Counted from the first letter of the stretch, positions 39,036 to 48,523 are shown. The stretch: DNA of 64,000 nucleotides from a bacterium (GCA_965219955.1 OZ244799.1:2464001-2528000), one strand, 5' to 3'. A program made the numbers and translations. The notes: generated by a model not told the origin, from the letters alone.

Positions 39036-39438
39036 AATTCCCCGCAAATCCGCGCATTTGCCGTTATTGCGCGAGTTCCGCTTCATGGCAGAATTCCCCT
39101 GCGTCGCGACCCGGATGCGTCTCTTCCCAGGAAAATAATTCCCGGAAATACCCCTTCAATTTATCGAAAAACCCCGTGAATTTATCTGATTTTATCGTAT
39201 TTTACGGAAATTCCATTTTCTCGAACGAAGCACCCGGCTTCGCCATCATACCGGAATCCTCCGAATCCGCGCGGACGGCAAATGCGGGCAAATGCGCCTT
39301 CCGCGACCAGCCGGAGCGGCAGTCCGATCCCCGCGATCTGCACCCTTCCGCCGCCTGAAAACCGCAGGCCGAAGGGCGGCCTCTCCAGCATACCGCATCG
39401 GCGCGAAATGCGGGCGACGGCAAATGCGGGGAAATGCG
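39036..39438. repeat. Second copy of the non-coding periodic repeat family
   Basis: 39158-39220 is the inverted homologue of 941-1003. GCAAATGCGGG/CCGCGCATTTGC motifs at ~39036-39064, ~39275-39297 and ~39404-39438. Confidence 0.75.
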
Positions 39439-39526
39439 TGTGTGAAGGTGGTGGTGCGGCGAACGGTATCCGCCCGGCCCGCCTGCGGAATGTCTCACCG
39501 CAGACGGGCGCAAAGCGGTTTCTACC

Positions 39527-40633
39527 CTACTTGAACACCTTGAGCCACTCGCCGCGCACTGCCTTGAAGCTGCGCTGGGCGGCGACCCAGTCCTTGAGAC
39601 CGATCAGCTTCACCTTGCTGAGATCCATCAGGAAAGGACGCACGTTCTCGGGCGGCGTGTAGTTCTCCCGGAAGGAATAGATGGCTTCGTTGCCGACGTA
39701 GATGTCGGTGCCTTCCTTGCTCATCAGGAACTCGAGCAGGAGCTTGCCCGCGTTGGGGTGCGGCGAGCCCTTGATCACGCCCGCCTGGTTGCCGAGCATG
39801 ACCTGGCCTTCCTTGAAGTGGCTGGACTTGATGATCTTGGCGAGAGACGGCTTTTTGAGGACGTTCTGGTAGATGCGTCCCGTGAGGTTGAACATGTCCA
39901 CCGGACTCTCGCAGTTGATCACCGCCTGGATGCGCGGCTCGGTGCGGAACATGACGACGGGCTTGGTGGCCTTCATCCGTTTCCAGAAATCGCTCATGTC
40001 CACGCCCGCCTCGGTCAGGCCGATGACGGTGTTGGTGGTCGTGAAGCTCTTGGTGATGTCGGTCACGATGGTCTTGCCCGTGAGCGAGGGGTGGACCACG
40101 TCGAACAGCGAGGTGACCTTGAAGTCCTTCATGCCCGGACACGAACTGTTCCACACGGGCTGGAAGCTGTAGGCGAGCGGCGTCACGATGTAGGGGTAGT
40201 TGTGGTACTGGCCGGCCCCCTCCACGACCTTGACGAGGTCTTTCCAGTTGCCGCTGTCGAGCTTCAGGAACGCGCCGCGCTTCACCGCCGCGTGGAAGAA
40301 CCCGGGCGCGCTCACCAGGTGGATGTCCACGGTGAACTTGCCCGCCTTGATCTCCTGGCGCACCTGCGCGACCGTCGAGCCGGTTCCCTTGCGCACGTTA
40401 CGGAACTTGAAGCCGTCCCCCAGGCCGTAGCGCTTGATGAAGGCGGGGCCCATCTTTTTGGAAGTCCGGTCGCTGAACAGCGGGTTGAGGATGACGACGC
40501 CGCCCTCTTTTTTCGCCGCCCGGATGAGCTTCTTCTCCTGCTCGGTGATCATGGCGGCTTGCGTGAGCGAAGCGCCCGCGACGCATATCGCCGCCAGGAG
40601 CGCGATGCCGAAGACAAAAAGTTTCTTTCTCAT
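39527..40633 (-). CDS. ABC transporter substrate-binding protein (Fe3+/polyamine-like cluster)
   Basis: Signal peptide; 'LIRAAKKEG', 'QEIKAGK..VD', 'SPHPNAGKLLLEFLMSKEG'. Confidence 0.8.
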   Translation of the reverse strand: MRKKLFVFGIALLAAICVAGASLTQAAMITEQEKKLIRAAKKEGGVVILNPLFSDRTSKKMGPAFIKRYGLGDGFKFRNVRKGTGSTVAQVRQEIKAGKFTVDIHLVSAPGFFHAAVKRGAFLKLDSGNWKDLVKVVEGAGQYHNYPYIVTPLAYSFQPVWNSSCPGMKDFKVTSLFDVVHPSLTGKTIVTDITKSFTTTNTVIGLTEAGVDMSDFWKRMKATKPVVMFRTEPRIQAVINCESPVDMFNLTGRIYQNVLKKPSLAKIIKSSHFKEGQVMLGNQAGVIKGSPHPNAGKLLLEFLMSKEGTDIYVGNEAIYSFRENYTPPENVRPFLMDLSKVKLIGLKDWVAAQRSFKAVRGEWLKVFK

Positions 40634-40665
40634 GTGCTTCCTCCTGTCTGGTGGTTGTTGGTCCA

Positions 40666-42108
40666 TCAATCGGTCGGTGTGGGAGAGCCGAAATAGCCGC
40701 CCCCGCTCAGGACGGCCTCTCTCCCGCCGTATCGCGCCACCAGGGCCGCCTGATCGGCCCTGGCTTTTCTGTCTGCGGCCTCGGGGTCGACGACCCCCCG
40801 AAGCGCTGTTTCGAATTCTTCGATAAGGGAATTGTAGCCGGGTTCCCGCGCGAGGTCGAACGTTTCTTCAGGGTTGCTTTCGAGGTCGAAAAGCTCGGGC
40901 GCGAAGTCCACGTAGTGGATGTACTTGTACCGACCTCGACGCAGCATATATCCCCCGGTGGGCGCGCCCGCCGCGTGGTATTCGCTGAAGACGGCGCGCT
41001 CGGGATCATCCGCAGAGTCCGCCAGGCCAAACCACGATTCGCCGGGCAGTTCGCGCTTTTCTTCTTCGGTGGGCTCCTCGCCAACGGCGGCCAGGATGGT
41101 GGGATAGGCGTCGGCGAGCGAGACGGCCGTCCGGCGTACCTTTCCCCGGGGGACGTCCGGCCCCGCCAGCACGAGCGGTACGGCGGCCGATTCCTCATAG
41201 AGCGTGCTCTTGCCCCAGATGCCGCGCTTGCCCAGGCTCTCGCCGTGGTCGCTGGCGTAGACGACGCGGGTTCGCCCGGAGAGCCCCGCCGCCTCGATAG
41301 CGCCCAGCACCGCGCCTACGTTCGCGTCCATGAACGAGCACATCCCGAAATAAGACGCGACGGCCACGCGGCGTTTCTCCTCGTCCATGTAGTCGTCATA
41401 CGGCCAGGCCTTTCGTATCGCGCGCACCCAGGGGTGGTGCGTCGGGTCGTTGGCGGATTTGGGCGGAGGCAGCGGCATCTCCTCCACCGGGTACATCGCA
41501 TAGAACTCGGGCGGCGCCACGAGCGGGTAATGCGGCGCGAGAAAGGAGACGAACAGCACCCAGGGCGACTCGCCATCTTGCCCGCCCGCCTCTTCTATCC
41601 ACTTACAGGCCCGCTCGGCGATCTGCCTGTCGTAGCGAAGGACACTCGAATCGCCCGGCCCCAGCTGCTCGGCGAGTCCCCTGGTGGCGGTCTTGGGCGG
41701 CATCTCGGCGCGAAGCGCGCCCGCGAGGTCGCCACGTCCGTCCTTGACGTGCATGGGGAGGATTTGCGCGTCCAGCCCGGTGGGGTCGGTCGTGTTCCGG
41801 TAGTGCAGCTTCCCGATCGAGACCACCCGGTGGCCGGTGGCCTGCAAACGGTGCCCCCAGCCTGGGATACGGCCGTCATAAGGATGCGCGTTGTCCCAGT
41901 AGCCGGTCTCGTGCGCGTAGCGGCCCGTGGCGAAGCTCGCCCGCGCGGGCACGCAGATGGGGCAGTTCGTGTAGGCGGCGGTGAAGCGCGTCCCTGACGC
42001 CGCGAGGGCGTCGATGTGCGGGGTCTTCACGATCTCGTGTCCGTAGCAGCCGAGGGTCCGCGCGTTGTGCTCGTCGGACATGATGAAGACGAAATTATGC
42101 GGTTCCAT
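40666..42108 (-). CDS. Sulfatase (choline-sulfatase-like)
   Basis: 'IMSDEH', formylglycine motif 'CVPARAS', 'GKLH', 'SDHGE', 'KSTLYE'. Confidence 0.92.
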   Translation of the reverse strand: MEPHNFVFIMSDEHNARTLGCYGHEIVKTPHIDALAASGTRFTAAYTNCPICVPARASFATGRYAHETGYWDNAHPYDGRIPGWGHRLQATGHRVVSIGKLHYRNTTDPTGLDAQILPMHVKDGRGDLAGALRAEMPPKTATRGLAEQLGPGDSSVLRYDRQIAERACKWIEEAGGQDGESPWVLFVSFLAPHYPLVAPPEFYAMYPVEEMPLPPPKSANDPTHHPWVRAIRKAWPYDDYMDEEKRRVAVASYFGMCSFMDANVGAVLGAIEAAGLSGRTRVVYASDHGESLGKRGIWGKSTLYEESAAVPLVLAGPDVPRGKVRRTAVSLADAYPTILAAVGEEPTEEEKRELPGESWFGLADSADDPERAVFSEYHAAGAPTGGYMLRRGRYKYIHYVDFAPELFDLESNPEETFDLAREPGYNSLIEEFETALRGVVDPEAADRKARADQAALVARYGGREAVLSGGGYFGSPTPTD

Positions 42109-42309
42109 TCATGAGTCCCGAAAATGACGCCAATGTCATGATGAATGCTCCGTTGCATGTTACCACAGGGCGGGGATTTCCAACGTGGGACGGTACAGGT
42201 TACAGGGGCAATCCCGCCGATAAGTGGCTCCGAAGAAAACAACCAGCGGAATTGCTCCAGCTATTCTGCGCAAATCAAACGAGGGGGATGCTTCCAAGTG
42301 AAAACGTTT

Positions 42310-42397
42310 GACGGCGACACCTTCAAGGTCGAGGCCAGGCCCTGGCCGGGCATTCTCGCGCAGGCCAGCGTGCGCGTGCGGGGCGTCGACGCGCCCG
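42310..42397 (+). pseudogene. Duplicated internal fragment of the thermonuclease gene
   Basis: 85/88 identical (hand count) to 45658-45745, same orientation. Confidence 0.9.
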
Positions 42398-42515
42398 GGA
42401 TTCTCCGCGCTCCTGGGGCTTCACGCGCATCGTGGCGAACGGTCGGACAACCTGATATGATTCCTTCAGTCTAATCTTGCGGCCAATCCCGAGAGACAAC
42501 GAGGAGACTGGAACC

Positions 42516-43514
42516 ATGAAGCTACATCTGCGCAAGATCGTCCTGGCTCTAGCCGTAGCGTTACTCGGGATTTCAGGCGGCGCGCACGCAGCCGACGTCA
42601 CGATCGGTTATCAGCTCCTTTACGGGCCGTGGAAGGCGAAGATGAAGGAGATCAAGGCGAAGGGCCTCGGCGGCAAGAGCATCGAATTCGTGAAATTCAC
42701 CTCCGGAACCGAAGTGATCAACGCGATGGCGTCGGGTTCGGTGGACATCTCGCTCAGCGGTTCGTCGCCGACGGCGGCGGGCTACAGCCGTGGCGTCGAC
42801 CTCCATGTCGTATACGTCTACGACAACATCAACGACGCCGAAGCGCTGGTGGTGGACAAATCGATCACGGCGCCCCAGGATCTCAAGGGCAAGACGATCG
42901 CGGTGCCCTTCGTTTCCACCACCCACTTCCACATGATGTTCGCCCTGGAGCAGTTCAACATTTCTCCCCGGTCGCTCAAGGTCATCGACATGTCGCCGCC
43001 GGATATGCTCGCGGCCTGGGAGCGCGGCGACATCAACGGCGGTTTCGTCTGGGATCCGGCTCTCGGGCGAATGAAGCAAAAGGGTCGTGTCTTGATCACC
43101 TCCGGCGATCTCAGCAACTGGGGCAAGGCGACCTTCGACGCAATGGTCGCGCACAAGAACTTCACCAGGAAAAATCCCGAATTCGCCTGCCAGTGGGTGA
43201 AGATGGTGGCGTCGGCCGATGCGGACTACCGCGCCAACCCGGGCAAATACGGGCCGGGCACGGCGAACGCGAAGGCCATCGCCGCTTCGGTCTCCGGCGA
43301 TGAGGTCCGGGTCGGAGGCGTGCTCGCTCTCTACGGCTATCCTTCGCTGAAGGAGCAGATTTCGGCGACCTGGCTCGGAGGCGGCGTGCAGAAAGCGCTC
43401 AGAGCGACTTCGGAGTTCCTCAAGTCACAGGGCAAGCTCGACAGAGTGCCCAAGAGCTTCGCGGGTTCGGCGACGGCGAAATTCGCCAAAATGGCGCTGG
43501 AAGGCGGCTGCTAG
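42516..43514 (+). CDS. tauA: Taurine ABC transporter substrate-binding protein
   Basis: Signal peptide; 'VTIGYQ', 'GSSP', 'AEALVV', 'VPFVSTTHF', 'AAWERGDI', 'VWDPAL'. Confidence 0.88.
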   Translation: MKLHLRKIVLALAVALLGISGGAHAADVTIGYQLLYGPWKAKMKEIKAKGLGGKSIEFVKFTSGTEVINAMASGSVDISLSGSSPTAAGYSRGVDLHVVYVYDNINDAEALVVDKSITAPQDLKGKTIAVPFVSTTHFHMMFALEQFNISPRSLKVIDMSPPDMLAAWERGDINGGFVWDPALGRMKQKGRVLITSGDLSNWGKATFDAMVAHKNFTRKNPEFACQWVKMVASADADYRANPGKYGPGTANAKAIAASVSGDEVRVGGVLALYGYPSLKEQISATWLGGGVQKALRATSEFLKSQGKLDRVPKSFAGSATAKFAKMALEGGC

Positions 43515-43619
43515 ACGCCGCGGGACGGCTGCAATCAGTCTCGGGATGGCGCGCGAAGTCGATATGACGAGCCAGCCTGTGCGCGAATCCCGCGGCCAAT
43601 CACGCAACGGAGCAGGCCA

Positions 43620-44420
43620 ATGACTCCGGTCGTCAGCCTCGATCACGTCGGCATGACCTTCCCCGCCCTGCAGGGGCTGGGCAGCGTCCAGGCGCTCGAA
43701 GACGTGAACTTCGAGTTCCGCGAGAACGAGTTCGTGGTAGCACTCGGCGCTTCGGGCTGCGGCAAGACGACGCTGCTCAACGTCATCGCCGGCTTTCTGC
43801 CGCCCACTTCCGGCGAAATCCTGCACAAGGGCGACCCGGTGAGCGGGCCGGGCCGGGACAGGGGCGTCGTATTTCAGAAACACGCCCTGCTGCCGTGGCT
43901 CAACGTCATCCAGAACACCGAGTTCGGGCTCAAACTCCAGGGCGTGGCGAGCGCCGAGCGAAGGGCGAAAGCGCGGGAGAATCTGGCCCTGGTGGGTCTG
44001 TCGGACTTCGAGAACTACCCCATCTACCAGCTGTCCGGAGGCATGCAGCAGCGGGTGGGTCTGGCCCGCGCCCTGACCTGCGATCCGGATATGCTGCTCA
44101 TGGACGAACCGCTGGGCGCACTCGACGCCTTCACGCGGGAAAACATGCAGGAATTGATCCTCGACGTCTGGCGCAAGACCCGGAAGGTCGTCTTTTTCAT
44201 CACGCACAGCGTCGAGGAAGCGCTGTTCATGGCCACCCGGCTGATAGTGATGTCGCCTCGTCCGGGCCGCATCACGCACGAATACGAACTGGATTTCTAC
44301 AAACAGTATTTCGAAACGGATGATGCGCGCCAGGTCAAATCGTCGCCGGATTTCATCAGGATGCGCGAAGAGGTACTTTCCATCATTTACGGTGAAGAGG
44401 TCAGCGAGTCGCCGTTATGA
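43620..44420 (+). CDS. tauB: Taurine ABC transporter ATP-binding protein
   Basis: 'GASGCGKTT', '[10 protein letters not shown]', '[13 protein letters not shown]', 'ITHSVEEA'. Confidence 0.9.
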   Translation: MTPVVSLDHVGMTFPALQGLGSVQALEDVNFEFRENEFVVALGASGCGKTTLLNVIAGFLPPTSGEILHKGDPVSGPGRDRGVVFQKHALLPWLNVIQNTEFGLKLQGVASAERRAKARENLALVGLSDFENYPIYQLSGGMQQRVGLARALTCDPDMLLMDEPLGALDAFTRENMQELILDVWRKTRKVVFFITHSVEEALFMATRLIVMSPRPGRITHEYELDFYKQYFETDDARQVKSSPDFIRMREEVLSIIYGEEVSESPL

Positions 44421-45310
44421 AGACCGGAATTTTCTGGCGCCGTAAAACGGAGACCGTAGACCAGTACGGCGTGCCGGGACGCGGCAACAGCACGGCGATC
44501 AGCGTCGCAACCATCGTGCTGATCCTGGGCGGCTGGTGGGTCGCGACCCGGCTCGAACTGATCCGGCCGCTGTTCCTGCCCTCGCCCGAGATGGTCATCT
44601 CGAAATTCAACAAGATCGCGTGCACGAATTACTATTTCGAACAGTTGCTGGTTGCGGTCGGCGCCCGCGACGAGGCCACGGCCGTTTGCCACGGCTTCAG
44701 CGAACACGCCCTGCACGAGCACATTCTCTGGAGCCTCTACCGCGTTTTCGGCTCCTTCCTCCTTGCTGTAGTCACAGCGGTGCCCATCGGCATCTCCATG
44801 GGGATGAGCCGATACGCGCGCGGCGTATTCGACCCGCCGGTCGAGTTCTACCGTCCCATCCCGCCGCTCGCCTATCTGCCGCTGACCATCATCTGGTTCG
44901 GCATCGGGGAGTCCGGCAAGTTCTTCCTGATCTATCTGGCGTGCTTTGCGCCCATCGCCATCAACGCGCGCGCCGGCGTGCGCTCGGTGTCGGTCGAGCA
45001 GATACACGCGGCGTATTCGATGGGCGCGACGAGCCGGCAGGTGATCAGTCAGGTCGTGATCAAGGCGGCGCTGCCGGAGATCCTCACGGGAATGCGGGTC
45101 GCGATCGCCTTCGGCTGGACGACGCTGGTCGCCGCCGAGATGGTTGCGGCCAAGGCGGGGATAGGCGTCATGGTGCTGAACGCCGCCCGCTTCCTGGCGA
45201 CCGATATCGTGTTCCTGGGTATTTTGGTGATCGGAGCGGTCGCATTTGTTTTCGACCTTCTCATGCGGCGCATCGAAGTGGCGCTCGTCCCGTGGAAAGG
45301 CAAGGCCTGA
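44417..45310 (+). CDS. tauC: Taurine ABC transporter permease
   Basis: 'FLPSP', '[11 protein letters not shown]', 'WFGIGE', 'WTTLVAAE', C-terminal 'PWKG'. Confidence 0.9.
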   Translation: MKTGIFWRRKTETVDQYGVPGRGNSTAISVATIVLILGGWWVATRLELIRPLFLPSPEMVISKFNKIACTNYYFEQLLVAVGARDEATAVCHGFSEHALHEHILWSLYRVFGSFLLAVVTAVPIGISMGMSRYARGVFDPPVEFYRPIPPLAYLPLTIIWFGIGESGKFFLIYLACFAPIAINARAGVRSVSVEQIHAAYSMGATSRQVISQVVIKAALPEILTGMRVAIAFGWTTLVAAEMVAAKAGIGVMVLNAARFLATDIVFLGILVIGAVAFVFDLLMRRIEVALVPWKGKA

Positions 45311-45543
45311 CGGCGTTCCCGAATCGCAGGCGGCGGCCTTCGCCGCTGGGTGAACAGCAAGAAAAATTGGCCTGCCGGGGGTCGTGACGACGCTGCGGAA
45401 GGGATTGGCCGCCCCTGCGGAGAACCACCCTCCTCTCGAAAACCCCGTTCGCAAATCTTCTTTTCTCCTGTACTCTTTTTGAACGACCCGTCTGCTACGA
45501 AGAGAACCCGAAGCACCACACGAGGAACACGAGGAGACCCGAG

Positions 45544-45984
45544 ATGCGCTTAAAGACCCGACTCATCACCTGCGGAATCATCACCCTGGCCCTTGCGTTC
45601 GCGGCCAATGCGGCGGCTTTCGATCAGCGCGTGCCGGCGCGCGTGACGAGAGTCATCGACGGCGACACCTTCAAGGTCGAGGCCAGGCCCTGGCCGGGCA
45701 TCGTCGCGCAGGCCAGCGTGCGCGTGCGGGGCGTCGACACGCCCGAGACCGGCCGACGGGCGAGGTGCGGCGACTACGAACGCCGGCGGGGCCGCGCTGC
45801 GCGCGAGTTCGTGCGGGGCGTCATCGGCGAGCGCGTCTGGCTCATCAACGTCAGCTACGGCAAGTACGCCCGCCGCGTCATCGCAAGCGTGTGGCTCGCG
45901 GACGGGCGCGACCTCGCCACGCTGCTCCTCGCCACCGGCCACGCCCTGCCCTACCGGGGCGGACGCCGCCCGAGCTGGTGTTGA
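45544..45984 (+). CDS. Secreted thermonuclease (SNase) family protein
   Basis: Signal peptide; 'RVIDGDT', 'VRVRGVDTPE', 'GKYARR', 'GHA..Y'. Confidence 0.9.
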   Translation: MRLKTRLITCGIITLALAFAANAAAFDQRVPARVTRVIDGDTFKVEARPWPGIVAQASVRVRGVDTPETGRRARCGDYERRRGRAAREFVRGVIGERVWLINVSYGKYARRVIASVWLADGRDLATLLLATGHALPYRGGRRPSWC

Positions 45985-46011
45985 GGGGGTGGCAACGGAA
46001 CTGATGAACCC

Positions 46012-46034
46012 GTAGGGGCGGCTCGCGAGCCGCC
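46012..46034. repeat. GTAG-type REP-like palindrome
   Basis: GTAG followed by the perfect 18-bp palindrome GGCGGCTCGCGAGCCGCC. Confidence 0.6.
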
Positions 46035-46172
46035 ATTTTGAAAACAGCGGACTTATCCTGACGTGAGCGGGTGGGAAATTATTCGTTGAGGGGCTTTCCG
46101 CGCCAGACCAGTTGCTCGCCCGTTTCGGCATCATAAGTAGGCAGTGTCTCAGTTTGAAACTTTAGGAAGCAT

Positions 46173-46205
46173 AAAAGGGGGCCCTCACATCGGAAGGCCC
46201 CCCTT
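46173..46205 (-). terminator. Intrinsic terminator of the low-GC cassette
   Basis: On the minus strand AAGGGGGCC...GGCCCCCTT followed by T residues, immediately after the small-ORF stop. Confidence 0.75.
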
Positions 46206-46208
46206 GAT

Positions 46209-46346
46209 TTATTTGCTCTTTTTCATCGAAGAACCTATAGAAGCCGTGCCAGATTGCATTTTTTGATAAGGATACACAAGCTTAGGAGGAGGGGTTTTAA
46301 TATCTCTTTTCCTGTGATTGATGATTTGTTCATTCTTATCCGACAT
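46209..46346 (-). CDS. 45-aa Lys-rich small protein of unknown function
   Basis: GGAG RBS 7 nt before the ATG; start overlaps the 3' end of the upstream gene; terminator lies directly after its stop. Confidence 0.5.
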   Translation of the reverse strand: MSDKNEQIINHRKRDIKTPPPKLVYPYQKMQSGTASIGSSMKKSK

Positions 46347-47175
46347 GATCCGTCTCCATAGGATTGAGAGATGCTGGATAGTAATGTTTCCTTTTGATCC
46401 ACTTGAATCCCTCATGCTTCGTCACTGTCGCAATATCTGTTTCTCCTCCAACAATATTTGCTGAGGGCAGAAATGAAAAATACTTCTTTGTTAAGTCTAC
46501 AAGAAAATCGGCTAGATTTATAGCGTCTTGTACCGGCATTGCCGCATGTATTAGAGGAGCCCTCGAAGCCAGATCAATGTCATTAATTATTTCCTCTATT
46601 TTAGTCGGGGGAAGATTTTGTTTTGATAGAGCTCCATACAATATTTCCACATTGGAACCAAATATTAGGCGATTTATCGCATCTTTTTGCCCACCCCAAA
46701 TTACATCGGTTTGATCTTGAGACAAAATTATTAGCGGATCTTTTACGTCTCCATCCAGAATAGAAAGTTCCCATATTTCTCCCTGAGCATCGTTTGAACC
46801 ATAGCCGCCAATCCAGAAAATAAAATTGGAATTTACCGGGGTAGGGTCTAATTCTTCATATTTTGACTTGAAGAATTTGTGTGATTTTTCAGCGACTTCC
46901 TCGATGCTATAATTATATATATCGAGTCCATAAGCACCATCTGTTGTTAGCAGCAACCTTAAATCTTTAGCTAAATTACTGATTGATGCAGGACCAAAAT
47001 TTCCCATCCCAGAGGTCATCGCAACGATAGGAAGTTTTTTGTGTAGATTGAAAACCTTAATGCCATGCTCCCATATATTTGCAATCGTTCCAGGTTGTTC
47101 GCTTAACATAGTCGAAGCGCTATCTGCCGCGAATACAATACAGTTAAAGACTTTAACACCAACACATACAGTCAT
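46336..47175 (-). CDS. Proteasome-beta/HslV-like Ntn-hydrolase
   Basis: After Met removal: Thr1, 'IVFAADS' with Asp17, 'GIKVF' Lys, 'TSG', C-terminal 'VGG'. Low GC; AAGGAG RBS. Confidence 0.7.
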   Translation of the reverse strand: MTVCVGVKVFNCIVFAADSASTMLSEQPGTIANIWEHGIKVFNLHKKLPIVAMTSGMGNFGPASISNLAKDLRLLLTTDGAYGLDIYNYSIEEVAEKSHKFFKSKYEELDPTPVNSNFIFWIGGYGSNDAQGEIWELSILDGDVKDPLIILSQDQTDVIWGGQKDAINRLIFGSNVEILYGALSKQNLPPTKIEEIINDIDLASRAPLIHAAMPVQDAINLADFLVDLTKKYFSFLPSANIVGGETDIATVTKHEGFKWIKRKHYYPASLNPMETDHVG

Positions 47176-47465
47176 ATTCGGACTCCTTTAAAATTTATGC
47201 GGCTTACTTCCGCTTTCGATACGTTTTCGTCCAAATCGGTTTCAGTTAGCACGCATACGGCGACCCACAGCGCAATCGGCGCTGCGAGGAACAAACCGAG
47301 ATTGCGAATCGTCGTTGAGGGTGATTCAAAGCCATGTTGTATATTGCGCAACCAATCCCAAAGCCACCAGATCATACTAATTGCAAGGAACGCTACAATT
47401 AGACCCGTCGTATACCACCCTGCATTTCTTCGAACATGAGTCATGAAAGCATGATTCCTTGCCAA
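47172..47465 (-). pseudogene. Short two-TM ORF, probably a truncated membrane protein
   Basis: Two hydrophobic helices and 'TTIRNLGLFLAAPIALW', resembling the N-termini of membrane-anchored pentapeptide-repeat proteins; the sequence character changes abruptly afterwards. Confidence 0.4.
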
Positions 47466-47488
47466 CCCTTACAAAGAGATTTTCTTAT

Positions 47489-47986
47489 TCACATAGATGG
47501 ACGCAACTGGCTAATGGGAATCCACTCTTCATCCCCAGGTTGCCTGACTTGCCAGTATATCCAGCCGTTAAGCTGGGGACGCTTCCCATCCTTTGTGCGA
47601 GCGACGCCGCCGGCGGCCTTGGAAGGGCTCCCGAAGCGTTCGCCTTCCACCATCCATCTGCCATTATCGATGACGCCGGTATAGAAGCGTCCCCGGTATT
47701 CCATCCGTAACTCCGTTCCGTGAGGCAAGGTGACGCCCTTACCCCACCACGACTGTTCTGAATCATCAGTCGATAACGAGCGTCCACTCATGAATTCCAG
47801 GCTTTCACCAGACAAGATTTGTCCGTCGTCTACATGAGCAAGGTGCTGCGATGTTGGTGGATCATCGTCTATAATATCTAAAAGCCTACGCAAAACAGCG
47901 TTGGGCGAATCATCGAAGCTCCGCCTCGCCTCCTCAATTTTCTTATGGACATCAAAATCAATCTCTATCCGACGCAGTTTTTGCAT
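47489..47986 (-). CDS. RAMA/DUF4357-like DNA-binding protein with N-terminal SeqA-like dimerisation segment
   Basis: N-terminal 'IEIDFDV...SPNAVLRRLL'; C-terminal 'SPSKAA...NGWIYW'; AAGGAGG RBS. Confidence 0.7.
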   Translation of the reverse strand: MQKLRRIEIDFDVHKKIEEARRSFDDSPNAVLRRLLDIIDDDPPTSQHLAHVDDGQILSGESLEFMSGRSLSTDDSEQSWWGKGVTLPHGTELRMEYRGRFYTGVIDNGRWMVEGERFGSPSKAAGGVARTKDGKRPQLNGWIYWQVRQPGDEEWIPISQLRPSM

Positions 47987-48191
47987 TATGGGTCCTCCTT
48001 TTAGATGAAACGAAATTCAAGATTGGTTGAATTTTATGGTGGAAAATAGTGGCTGTCAACAGAATAGCAGATTAGTAGTATAGTATATTTCGAGATTGCG
48101 AACCAATCCGCAAATTGTGGGACGAACCTATAAAAAGTCCGCCTCTATGGATGATCTTCTTATCTCTTGAATTTCGTTGGAGGTTACGGCC

Positions 48192-48292
48192 TCACCCCAC
48201 CACCTCCCGACACGCCGCTTCGATGTGCGCTTGTCCGATCTGGAGGGCGTCGTAGACCTCGTGGGGGAAGCCGCTCTGGCCGAACTGGCCGG
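48192..48292 (-). pseudogene. Diverged copy of the 3' end of the aceE-like gene
   Basis: 91/101 identical (hand count) to 50806-50906, same orientation, with its own stop (TGA instead of TAG). Confidence 0.9.
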
Positions 48293-48365
48293 CGCGCCGC
48301 CCACGATTCAATTTTGTCGAAACAAAGCCCTTGACAAAATCCGTTTAATTTTCCACCATGCTCTT

Positions 48366-48523
48366 GCCAAACAAATCCCAAGGCCCTGAAGTCGGGCCGC
48401 CTGCTGAATACAAGACCGCTTCCTTGCGGAAATAGGCAGGAACCCCTTCACAATTGGGATTTGTTTGGCGACCGACCCGGCCTCGCTGGGAGGTCGGCGA
48501 AATCCCTATACCTGAAAGGGGGA
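48366..48523 (+). ncRNA. Candidate structured leader or small RNA
   Basis: Perfect 16-bp stem 48366-48381/48454-48469 encloses hairpins GGCCC..GGGCC and CCTGC..(CCGC..GCGG)..GCAGG; further hairpins precede the RBS. Confidence 0.45.

Noticed and set aside
48366-48469. Retron msr-msd or hammerhead ribozyme
   Set aside because: No adjacent reverse transcriptase, and the CUGAUGA hammerhead core is absent.
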